This document shows positions 25,147 through 32,000 of a DNA stretch of 32,000 nucleotides, piece after piece. This stretch comes from Delftia acidovorans NBRC 14950 (GTDB lineage: Bacteria > Pseudomonadota > Gammaproteobacteria > Burkholderiales > Burkholderiaceae_C), in the NCBI RefSeq assembly GCF_001598795.1, contig NZ_BCZP01000012.1, positions 30,001 through 62,000 of the forward strand, in the 5' to 3' direction. Under the pieces are notes generated by a model that made no database searches, had not been told where the DNA came from, and saw only the letters and a program-made list of their open reading frames with translations. The position numbers were made by a program, and so were the translations under genes. Positions within the stretch are counted from its first letter, which is position 1. Every line of letters begins with the position of its first letter.

Positions 25147-26232
25147 TCAGCTGCGCTGGGCAAAGGACCAGGCCAGCTCGGCCATGGGCCGGGCGGTGTC
25201 GCCGGAGGCCTTGGCCTGGGCGCTGGAGGCCGTGCCGGCCTCCACGCGCTTGGCAATGCCTTGCAGGATGGCCGCGATGCGGAACATGTTGTAGGCCATG
25301 TAGAAGTTCCAGTCGGCGCGCAGCGTGTCCACGTCCTTGAGGCCCGTGCGCTCGCAGTAGCGGCGGATGTATTCCTCTTCGCCGGGAATGCCCAGGGCCG
25401 CCAGGTCCTTGCCTGCGATGCCCCGGCCCAGCGTGGCCGGGATATGCCAGCTCATGCAGTGGTAGCTGAAGTCGGCCAGCGGGTGGCCCAGGGTGGACAG
25501 CTCCCAGTCCAGCACGGCGATGACGCGCGGCTCGGTGGGGTGGAACATGAGGTTGTCCAGGCGGAAGTCGCCGTGCACGATGGACACGCGCGAGGCATCC
25601 AGCGCGCTGGCCGGCATGTGGGCGGGCAGCCACTGCATGAGCTGGTCCATCTCGGGGATGGGCTGGGTGACCGAGGCCACGTACTGCTTGCTCCAGCGGC
25701 CGATCTGGCGCTCGAAGTAGTTGCCGCTCTTGCCGTAGTCGGCCAGGCCCTGGGCCGCGAAGTCCACGGTGTGCAGGGCCGAGATCACGCGGTTCATCTC
25801 ATCGTAGATGGCGGCGCGCTGGGCCGGCTCCATGCCGGGCAGGGACTGGTCCCAGAGCACGCGGCCTTCCATGCACTCCATGATGTAGAAGGCACGGCCG
25901 ATGATGGACTCGTCCTCGCACAGCGCATACATGTGGGGCACGGGCACGTCGGTGCCGGCCAGGCCCTTCATCACGCGGAACTCGCGCTCGATGGCATGGG
26001 CCGAGGGCAGCAGCTTGGCCACGGGGCCGGGCTTGGAGCGCATCACGTAGCTGCGGCCCGGGGTGATCAGCTTGTAGGTGGGATTGGACTGGCCGCCCTT
26101 GAACATCTCCACCTGCAGCGGGCCGGCAAAGCCCTGCACATGGCCCTGCATCCAGGCGGTGAGCGCGGGCACGTCGAATGCGTGCTGGTCGGAGACGGGG
26201 CGCGTGCCTACGAAATGGTCGAAAGTGCTCAT
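25147..26232 (-). CDS. Phosphotransferase (APH-fold kinase), ACAD10/11 N-terminal-domain type
   Basis: ATG at 26232 within ORF 25147..26307 (MSTFDHFVGTRPV...). FKGGQSNPTYKL nucleotide-loop motif, catalytic IVHGDFRLDNLMF and VLDWELSTLGHPLADF. It lies immediately upstream of the ACAD gene on the same strand. Confidence 0.8.
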   Translation of the reverse strand: MSTFDHFVGTRPVSDQHAFDVPALTAWMQGHVQGFAGPLQVEMFKGGQSNPTYKLITPGRSYVMRSKPGPVAKLLPSAHAIEREFRVMKGLAGTDVPVPHMYALCEDESIIGRAFYIMECMEGRVLWDQSLPGMEPAQRAAIYDEMNRVISALHTVDFAAQGLADYGKSGNYFERQIGRWSKQYVASVTQPIPEMDQLMQWLPAHMPASALDASRVSIVHGDFRLDNLMFHPTEPRVIAVLDWELSTLGHPLADFSYHCMSWHIPATLGRGIAGKDLAALGIPGEEEYIRRYCERTGLKDVDTLRADWNFYMAYNMFRIAAILQGIAKRVEAGTASSAQAKASGDTARPMAELAWSFAQRS

Positions 26233-26383
26233 GGGGCAGTCAGTCCTGTGATCGGTTCGGAAACCGGTTCTAGAAAGGGGTGCGGCCGCGCGGCACGGGC
26301 GCGGCAAGGCACCGGCCGGCGCGAACGTCCGGTCGGTGAAGGAAAGGGTTGTGTGTACGCGGCGCGGTGGGGGCCGCGCAGGT

Positions 26384-27103
26384 TCAGGCGTCGGGCGCGG
26401 CGATGCGCAGCAGTGTGTCGCGGTCGCAGACCACCAGGCCGCCCGGCTCGATGCGGATGGCGTTCTCGCGCTCCATGGCCTTGAGTTCCTGGTTCACGCG
26501 CTGGCGCGAGGCGCCCAGCAACTGCGCCAGTTCCTCCTGCGCCAGGTGCAGGCCGATGCGGATCTCGCTGCCATCCGACAGGCTGGTCACGCCGTAGCTG
26601 CGCACCAGGTGCAGCAGCTGCTTGGCCAGGCGCGCGCGCAGCGGCAGGGTGTTGAGGTCCTCGACCAGGCCGTAGAGCTGGCGGATGCGCCGTGCATGCA
26701 GGCGCAGCATGGCTTCCGAGAACTCCACATGCATGGACAGGATTTTCTTGAAGTCGGTCTTGGACACGCACAGCAGCGTGGTCTCGCCATGTGCATAGGC
26801 ATCGTGCGTGCGCTTGTCCCCGTCCAGGATGGCCACGTCGCCGAACCAGATGCCCGGCTCCACGTAGTCCAGCGTGATCTGCTTGCCCGTGATCGAGGTC
26901 GAGCTCACGCGCACCGCACCCCGGGCGCAGGCGATCCATTCCTCGGGCGGTTCTCCGCGTGCGCAGATGAGCGTGCCATCTTTGAACCGTTTGACGTAAG
27001 CGCATCGAAGAATGTCGTGCCGAAGCGATGGAGAAAGTGATGAAAACCAGCGACCGGAATTGATCGCTTCACGTTCTTCGATGGTAAGAATCGGGTCGTC
27101 CAT
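26384..27103 (-). CDS. Crp/Fnr-family transcriptional regulator
   Basis: ORF 26384..27103 (239 aa). It has a cNMP-binding-like beta-roll (FKDGTLICARGEPPEEWIACARGAVRV...GIWFGDVAILDG) and a C-terminal HTH (LAQEELAQLLGASRQRVNQELKAME). No N-terminal Cys cluster is visible, so it is not a classical O2-sensing Fnr. Confidence 0.85.
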   Translation of the reverse strand: MDDPILTIEEREAINSGRWFSSLSPSLRHDILRCAYVKRFKDGTLICARGEPPEEWIACARGAVRVSSTSITGKQITLDYVEPGIWFGDVAILDGDKRTHDAYAHGETTLLCVSKTDFKKILSMHVEFSEAMLRLHARRIRQLYGLVEDLNTLPLRARLAKQLLHLVRSYGVTSLSDGSEIRIGLHLAQEELAQLLGASRQRVNQELKAMERENAIRIEPGGLVVCDRDTLLRIAAPDA

Positions 27104-27117
27104 GGCCTGTCTTTTGC

Positions 27118-27135
27118 GTGACTGATGACGGTCAC
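27118..27135. promoter_or_regulatory. Inverted repeat GTGAC-N8-GTCAC directly upstream of the Crp/Fnr-family gene
   Basis: gcGTGACtgatgacgGTCACat lies 15-32 nt upstream of the ATG at 27103. It loosely resembles a Crp-family half-site pair, but the spacing is not the canonical TGTGA-N6-TCACA. Confidence 0.3.
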
Positions 27136-27227
27136 ATTGTCGCGTGTGGGACCGCCGCGGCGCAGCATGCCGCCGGCGGGCCTGTCACTTCGGTGTCTGG
27201 GCCTGCCGAAAACGGGGCAGGGCGGCG

Positions 27228-27260
27228 AAAAAAAGGCGACCCGTCGTGCATCGGGTCGCC
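27228..27260 (-). terminator. Rho-independent terminator of the 3-hydroxyacyl-CoA dehydrogenase gene
   Basis: On the - strand: GGCGACCCG-N8-CGGGTCGCC (perfect 9-bp stem) followed by TTTTTTT. It begins 14 nt after the stop at 27274. Confidence 0.8.
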
Positions 27261-27273
27261 GGCTTTGCAGGGC

Positions 27274-28812
27274 TTATGGCTCCTCGTGCGTGAGGCTCAG
27301 CCCCAGCGCGCCACGGCGGCGCAGCCAGGGGCTGGGGCGGTAGCGTGGATCGCCGTAGACGGTCTGCAGGTTGAACAGGACCTCCAGCATGTTGGTGGGC
27401 CCCCAGCGGTCGCCCATGGTCAGCGGGCCCATGGGATAGCCCAGCCCCAGGGTCACGGCCTTTTCCAGGTCGGCCGGGCTGCCGATGCCCTGCTGGCAGA
27501 TGTCGCTGGCGATGTTGACGATGGAGCCCACCACGCGCTGCGTGACGAAGCCGCCGCTGTCGCGGATCACGCTGACGGCCTTGCCGTCGCTGGCAAAGAG
27601 CGCATGGGCGGCATCGCGCATGTCGGTGCGCGTGGCCGGCGTGGTGGCCAGCACGCGGCGGCGCGTGTCGGCGTCGGCGATCAGCATGTCGATGCCCATG
27701 GTGCGCGTGCAGTCCAGCCGCTCCACGGCAGCCACCGTGGTCACGTCCAGGCCCAGCGGCGCCACCAGGATCAAGGCCTGCTCGGTCGGTACCTGCGCGG
27801 TTTCAATGCGCGCGCCCAGGCTCTTGAGCAACTGGTAGATCTCGTTGCGCCGGGCCGCGCGTGCGGACACCCAGACCGGTGGCAGCGTCTGCACCTGCGG
27901 CACGGCAGGCTCGGCAGGCTGCTCGGCGCGGCCTTCTGCATAGCGGTAAAAGCCCTGGCCGGTCTTGCGGCCCAGCAGGCCGGCCGCCACGCGCTGCGCG
28001 GCAATGGGGCTGGGGCGGTAGCGCGGCTCCTGGTAGTACTGGTGGTAGATGTGCTCCATCACGGCATGGGTGACATCCAGGCCGGTGAGATCCATCAGCT
28101 CGAACGGGCCGAGCTTGAATCCCACCTGCTCGCGCAGGATGCGGTCGATGGTGGCGAAGTCGGCAATGCCTTCCTGCACGATGCGCAGCGCCTCGGTCAC
28201 ATAGCCTCGGCCCAGGTGGTTGACCAGAAAGCCCGGCGTGTCCTGCGCACGCACGGGCGTGTGGCCGAAGCTGCGCGCGAACTGTGCCAGCGTGGCGCAG
28301 GTGGCCTCGTCCGTGGCCAGGCCGCGCACGATCTCCACCACCTTCATCAGCGGGGCCGGGTTGAAGAAGTGAAAGCCGGCAAAGCGCTGCGGGTGCTTGA
28401 GCGCCGTGGCCAGCGTGGTGATGGACAGGGCCGAGGTATTGCTGGCGATGAGGGTCCCGGGCGCAACGATGGCCTCCAGCTCGCGCAGCAGCGCCTGCTT
28501 GGCATCCATGCGCTCGACGATGGCCTCTATCACCAGGTCGCAGTTCCTGAAGGCATCGAGACCGTCCGTCACCGTCAGCCGGGCCTTGCAATCTGCGGCC
28601 TGCTCACTTGTTATTTTTTGTTTCTTCTGCAGTGTGTCCCACAGCGCAAGCAGCTGTTGTTGCGCTTGTGCGGCAGCACCGGGACGGGCATCCTGCAACA
28701 GCACCCTGGCGCCTGCCTGGGCGGCCAACTGGGCAATGCCTTGCCCCATGATGCCTGCGCCTATCAATCCGACGTTTCTGATAGGAGAAATGTTGTTTTG
28801 GATCATATACAT
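27274..28812 (-). CDS. 3-hydroxyacyl-CoA dehydrogenase, long (about 510 aa) form with an NAD-binding N-domain and an extended C-terminal region
   Basis: ORF 27274..28812. Rossmann motif VGLIGAGIMGQGIAQ. It also has IEAIVERMDAKQALLRELE, NTSALSIT, HFFNPAPLMKVVEIVRG, GFLVNH and a second GFVTQRV-type repeat in the C-terminal half. Confidence 0.85.
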   Translation of the reverse strand: MYMIQNNISPIRNVGLIGAGIMGQGIAQLAAQAGARVLLQDARPGAAAQAQQQLLALWDTLQKKQKITSEQAADCKARLTVTDGLDAFRNCDLVIEAIVERMDAKQALLRELEAIVAPGTLIASNTSALSITTLATALKHPQRFAGFHFFNPAPLMKVVEIVRGLATDEATCATLAQFARSFGHTPVRAQDTPGFLVNHLGRGYVTEALRIVQEGIADFATIDRILREQVGFKLGPFELMDLTGLDVTHAVMEHIYHQYYQEPRYRPSPIAAQRVAAGLLGRKTGQGFYRYAEGRAEQPAEPAVPQVQTLPPVWVSARAARRNEIYQLLKSLGARIETAQVPTEQALILVAPLGLDVTTVAAVERLDCTRTMGIDMLIADADTRRRVLATTPATRTDMRDAAHALFASDGKAVSVIRDSGGFVTQRVVGSIVNIASDICQQGIGSPADLEKAVTLGLGYPMGPLTMGDRWGPTNMLEVLFNLQTVYGDPRYRPSPWLRRRGALGLSLTHEEP

Positions 28813-28870
28813 AGAGGAGGTGTCCTACAGGTGTCTATGCAAAAATGCAAGCGTTCAAAGAAAGGCTGAT

Positions 28871-31612
28871 GTGAGAATTTGTAGCACCATTCTCGGCGTC
28901 GCCCTGTCCTCCATGGCCTGGAACGCGTCCGCATTGTCGTTGGGCAGTCCTCGGGGCAACGTGGTGCTGGGCGCTCCGTTCGACCTGGTGGTGGGCTTGC
29001 AGCCCGATAGCGGAAACGACGCCGGCAGCTCCTGTGTGCGCGCCGAGCTGCTGGCCGGTGACAGGCCCATCGAATCCTCGCGCGTCAGTGTCAGCCCGAC
29101 CTCGTCGGGCAAGGCCGTGCGGGTGCAGGCCCGCTATACGGTGGACGAGCCCATCGTGACGCTCAAGCTGTGGGCGGGCTGCGAAGGTGGCGGCATCAGC
29201 CGCAGCTATACGCTGCTGGCGCAGCTGCCAGATTCGGTGGACGCCACAGGCAACCAGCCCATCAATGTGCGTGAACTGGCAGCAGCGCAGCCTGCGCTGC
29301 CGACCGTGGGCGCCGCAGCAGCAGCCGGTGCTGGCGCTGGTGCTGGTGCAGCCGGTGTGGCTGGCACCGCTTCTGAATCTTCTTCGACACCCTCCCGCGC
29401 GGCCGCTGCCCGCAGTGCCCGGTCGGATGCCCGGCCTGCCACGGCGCCCGCTCCCAAGGAGGCGCAGCCCCAGCCCAAACCAAAGCCCAGGCCGAAACCC
29501 AAGGCCGCGGCCGAAAAGTCCAAGCCTCCCGTGGGTGTGACCGCCCAGGCCCAGGCCGGACAGCTGCAGGCGGGCCTGCGCATCGAACCGCGCCTGCGCA
29601 TGGAGCCGGTGGAGGAGTGGCTGGGCACGGGCGGAACCCCGGGCGCCGATGGAGCAGCCGGAACACCCGAAGGCGTCGCCGCATCTGCGGCTCCCATGTT
29701 CGATGCCGGCAGCGAGCAGCTGGCCGAGGCCAACAAGCGCGTGCAGGCGCTGGAGGCCGAGATGGCGGCCTTCAAGAAGCGCGACGGCGTGGACCGTGGG
29801 CAACTGGCCCAGTTGCGGGCCGAGCTGGACGCAATGCGCCAGGAGTCCGGCGGCTCATCCTGGCTGTTCAATGCGCTGCTGCTGGCCCTGATTGCCGCCG
29901 TGGCCGTGATCGGCTGGATGGCCTGGCGCATGCGCTCGGGTGCTTCGCTGTTCTCGCGCGAGCAGAACGCCTGGCGGGAATCGGTGGAGCGTTCGTCGCA
30001 GGACCCCGTGCCGTCGACCCCGCCGCATGTGCGCGATGACGAGATCCACACCCTGCCGCATTCCCTGGATCCCCATCGGCCCACGCGGCCCATGGCTCCC
30101 AGCCTGCGTGAGCACCGGCCTGCGGCACCGCAGCAGGACGACCGCCGGGGACCGGATACCCTGGCTTCGCCCTATGTGCAGCGCGGCGCCCAGATGCGCC
30201 CCGGCGTGACCTATGAGCTGCACGAGGATGTGGACCCTGGCGACTTCGGGCCGGCCACCATTCCCGTGCCTGTGTCCGTGCATGCCGAGCTGGAAACCGA
30301 GCCTGCGCCGCAGGCACCGTCACCTGTGCGCACATCCGCGCCCGAGGCCATCAAGGCCAGGCGCATGGTGCAGCCCGGCGAACTGTTCGACGTGCAGCAA
30401 CAGGCGGAATTCTTCATCTCGGTGGGCGAGCACCAGCAGGCCATCGAACTGCTGCGCTCGCATATCGACACGCATGAGGATTCCTCGCCGCTGGCCTATC
30501 TGGAGCTGCTTCACCTGTACTACACGCTGAGCCGCCGCGACGATTTCGACCAGCTGCGCGCGCGTTTTGCCCGGCATTTCAACGCCCGTGTGCCGGCCAT
30601 GCCGGGCTTTACCGACAAGGGCAGCAGCCTGCTGCAGGGCTACCCCGAGCAACTGGCGCGCATCGAGGCCCTGTGGCCCGTGGAAGAAGTCGAAGCTTGC
30701 CTGGCGCACTACCTGTTCAAGCAGGACGGTGCACCCGACCCCGATGCGCCGGCCCCCTTCGACCTGGCGGCCTTCGACGACCTGCTGCTGCTGCTGTCCA
30801 TTGCGCGCACCTCACCTGCCGGAACCCGCGGCGAACCCGGCCCGCGCGAGCGCACCACGCCGCGCATGGTCACGGGCACTGCCGCAGCCGCAGCCGGCGC
30901 AGCCACGGCCGGCGCGGCGGCCTTCACAGCGGCTGCAGAAACCACGCCGGCGCAGGCTCCTGCATCCGCGGCCACGGGCGTGGACTGGATGGCAGAGCTG
31001 CAGCCGCCGATAGAACCTGCACAGCCGCAGCCGGGCTCAGTGACGCCGCTGGAGCCGGGCCTGGAGTTCACCCCCATGGACACGCTGCCCCTGTCCACGG
31101 GTGCTGTCGGTGGCGGCGACAGGCCTGCAAGCAGCGCACCGGACTCGTTGTCCGCACCGCTGCACTTCGAGCTGCAGCCCCTGAACTTCGATCTGGATCA
31201 GGCCGGCCAACTGCCCGCAGGCCAGGTGCGCGCCGTGCCCCTGGGCGAGGCGCCTTCCTTCATCCACGATGAGTCGGCACCGCTGCTGGACATAGACCTC
31301 ACGGACCTGGGCGAGAACGAGCTACCGCATGTCGATGTGCCCTCGCGCTTTCCGCCCGTGACGCTGTCGATGCCCGGCTCGGGTGCCGTGGGTTTCAGCA
31401 GCCACAATCTCAAGGCGCCGCTGGACATGGACCTGGCGCTGGACAAGTGGGAGCTGGAGCCGCCCGACACCGTGCGTGAGCACCGTGGCCTGGACGAGCC
31501 GCTGAGCCGCTCGGTGGACATGCTGCTGTCGCGCGAGACCGACCCGGCCTTTCGTAGCTCACCACAGGCTCCGTCGCCGCAGGCAGACGACAAGGATCCG
31601 CCCAAGGGCTGA
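28871..31612 (+). CDS. FimV-like large envelope protein (signal peptide, FimV-N-like domain, low-complexity linker, coiled coil, one TM helix, TPR-like cytoplasmic segment, acidic tail)
   Basis: GTG at 28871 within ORF 28397..31612. Upstream of this point the ORF overlaps the divergent dehydrogenase gene. From the GTG the signal-like N-terminus is (M)RICSTILGVALSSMAWNASA. The segment LSLGSPRGNVVLGAPFDLVVGL...ISRSYTLLAQLP resembles the FimV N-terminal domain. It is followed by Ala/Gly and Pro/Lys repeats, the coiled coil EQLAEANKRVQALEAEMAAFKK and the TM helix WLFNALLLALIAAVAVIGWMAW. EFFISVGEHQQAIELLRSHI resembles the FimV TPR-like motif. Confidence 0.55.
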   Translation: MRICSTILGVALSSMAWNASALSLGSPRGNVVLGAPFDLVVGLQPDSGNDAGSSCVRAELLAGDRPIESSRVSVSPTSSGKAVRVQARYTVDEPIVTLKLWAGCEGGGISRSYTLLAQLPDSVDATGNQPINVRELAAAQPALPTVGAAAAAGAGAGAGAAGVAGTASESSSTPSRAAAARSARSDARPATAPAPKEAQPQPKPKPRPKPKAAAEKSKPPVGVTAQAQAGQLQAGLRIEPRLRMEPVEEWLGTGGTPGADGAAGTPEGVAASAAPMFDAGSEQLAEANKRVQALEAEMAAFKKRDGVDRGQLAQLRAELDAMRQESGGSSWLFNALLLALIAAVAVIGWMAWRMRSGASLFSREQNAWRESVERSSQDPVPSTPPHVRDDEIHTLPHSLDPHRPTRPMAPSLREHRPAAPQQDDRRGPDTLASPYVQRGAQMRPGVTYELHEDVDPGDFGPATIPVPVSVHAELETEPAPQAPSPVRTSAPEAIKARRMVQPGELFDVQQQAEFFISVGEHQQAIELLRSHIDTHEDSSPLAYLELLHLYYTLSRRDDFDQLRARFARHFNARVPAMPGFTDKGSSLLQGYPEQLARIEALWPVEEVEACLAHYLFKQDGAPDPDAPAPFDLAAFDDLLLLLSIARTSPAGTRGEPGPRERTTPRMVTGTAAAAAGAATAGAAAFTAAAETTPAQAPASAATGVDWMAELQPPIEPAQPQPGSVTPLEPGLEFTPMDTLPLSTGAVGGGDRPASSAPDSLSAPLHFELQPLNFDLDQAGQLPAGQVRAVPLGEAPSFIHDESAPLLDIDLTDLGENELPHVDVPSRFPPVTLSMPGSGAVGFSSHNLKAPLDMDLALDKWELEPPDTVREHRGLDEPLSRSVDMLLSRETDPAFRSSPQAPSPQADDKDPPKG

Positions 31613-31618
31613 GGCAGT

Positions 31619-31650
31619 GAAAAAAAAGGGAGCATCTGCTCCCTTTTTTG
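31619..31650. terminator. Bidirectional rho-independent terminator between the FimV-like gene and thiE
   Basis: AAAAAAAAA-GGGAGCA-tc-TGCTCCC-TTTTTT. A perfect 7-bp stem is flanked by an A-run and a T-run, so it can serve both convergent genes. Confidence 0.85.
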
Positions 31651-31670
31651 TTGGAGTGCCCAGCAAGAAC

Positions 31671-32000
31671 TCAGTCGGCAGCGTGCATGCTTGCGAGCAA
31701 CTGCTGCGCCGCCGCTTCAGGATCCTCGGCATTGACCAGTGCCCGCACCACGGCCACCGAGCCTACGCCCGTGGCGCGCACGGCCGGGAACTGGTCGGCT
31801 GAGATGCCGCCGATGGCCACCAGCGGGTAACGCTGCATCAGCCGCACATAGGAGCCCAGGCGCGCCAGGCCCTGCGGAGCCGTGGCCATTTTCTTGAGTG
31901 TGGTGGGGAAGACGGCGCCCAGCGCGATGTAGCTGGGCTGCACCGCATGGGCGCGCACCATTTCGGCATAGCCATGCGTGCTCACGCCCAGGCGCAGGCC
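31671..32000 (-). CDS. thiE: Thiamine-phosphate synthase, C-terminal part (gene continues beyond the window end)
   Basis: ORF 31671..31985 stays open to base 32000. ...[46 protein letters not shown]...[30 protein letters not shown] matches the ThiE C-terminal pattern (STH, IxxGxxFPTxTK, AIGGI, GxxGVAVVSAI). Confidence 0.75.
   Translation of the reverse strand, partial: GLRLGVSTHGYAEMVRAHAVQPSYIALGAVFPTTLKKMATAPQGLARLGSYVRLMQRYPLVAIGGISADQFPAVRATGVGSVAVVRALVNAEDPEAAAQQLLASMHAAD

Noticed and set aside
23878-28869. Long + strand ORFs 23878..25116, 25120..26484, 26336..27040 and 27118..28869, opposite the acyl-CoA cluster.
   Set aside because: Same reasoning. The - strand ORFs carry unmistakable ACAD, kinase, Crp and Rossmann motifs, while the + strand translations are featureless Gly/Ala/Arg/His-rich sequence.
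28813-28869. A strong plus-strand SD-like AGAGGAGG followed by a GTG/ATG mini-ORF (VS-MQKCKRSKKG-stop) that ends 1 nt before the GTG at 28871. This could be a leader peptide coupled to the FimV-like gene.
   Set aside because: The purine-rich stretch lies in the immediate 5' UTR of the divergent - strand gene. The SD-to-start spacing is 10-16 nt. A 10-12 codon ORF in a 58-bp spacer is easily due to chance. It is not supportable without Ribo-seq.
28397-28870. The 5' extension of the 1071-aa ORF into the divergent 3-hydroxyacyl-CoA dehydrogenase gene.
   Set aside because: It would require a 416-nt overlap with a well-supported gene on the opposite strand. The translated extension is Cys/Ser/Ala-rich with no signal peptide, whereas a signal-like N-terminus appears only from the GTG at 28871.
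1-32000. A search for CRISPR arrays, IS elements or transposases, integrases, phage genes, toxin-antitoxin pairs, tRNA or rRNA genes, and restriction/defence-type genes.
   Set aside because: I saw no regularly spaced direct repeats, terminal inverted repeats, recombinase-like ORFs or cloverleaf-like or rRNA-like segments. All large ORFs are accounted for by iron-uptake, efflux, acyl-CoA metabolism, FimV-like and thiE functions.

Overview
High-GC (roughly two-thirds G+C by eye) proteobacterial chromosomal DNA. I found no rRNA, tRNA, CRISPR array, transposase or integrase. The window splits into three blocks.

(A) 1-15216, + strand: an iron-acquisition array of four co-directional TonB-dependent receptors. 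All four carry an N-terminal STN signalling extension. Three of them are preceded by a complete FecI-like ECF sigma / FecR-like anti-sigma pair. Each sigma gene sits just downstream of a Fur-box-like AT-rich palindrome.

(B) 15273-23723: two tandem paralogous small ORFs of unknown function lie on the - strand. They are followed by a 630-bp spacer containing a 47-bp palindrome, a fourth Fur box and a structured leader that ends in an intrinsic-terminator-like hairpin. After the spacer comes a tightly coupled six-gene + strand operon: a small membrane protein, a PepSY-TM (FoxB/PiuB-like) protein, a second small membrane protein, a MacA-like adaptor, a MacB-like ABC pump and a NodT-type outer-membrane lipoprotein. 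I read this as a candidate system for ferrisiderophore reduction plus apo-siderophore re-export.

(C) 23794-32000: a - strand lipid/acyl-CoA cluster, containing a FadE2/ACAD10-11-type acyl-CoA dehydrogenase, a separately encoded ACAD10/11-N-type phosphotransferase, a Crp/Fnr regulator and a long 3-hydroxyacyl-CoA dehydrogenase. It is followed by a large FimV-like low-complexity envelope protein on the + strand and the 3' part of thiE on the - strand.

All family assignments come from reading the translated ORFs by eye. No database search was run. The many long antisense ORFs are treated as high-GC shadow frames.
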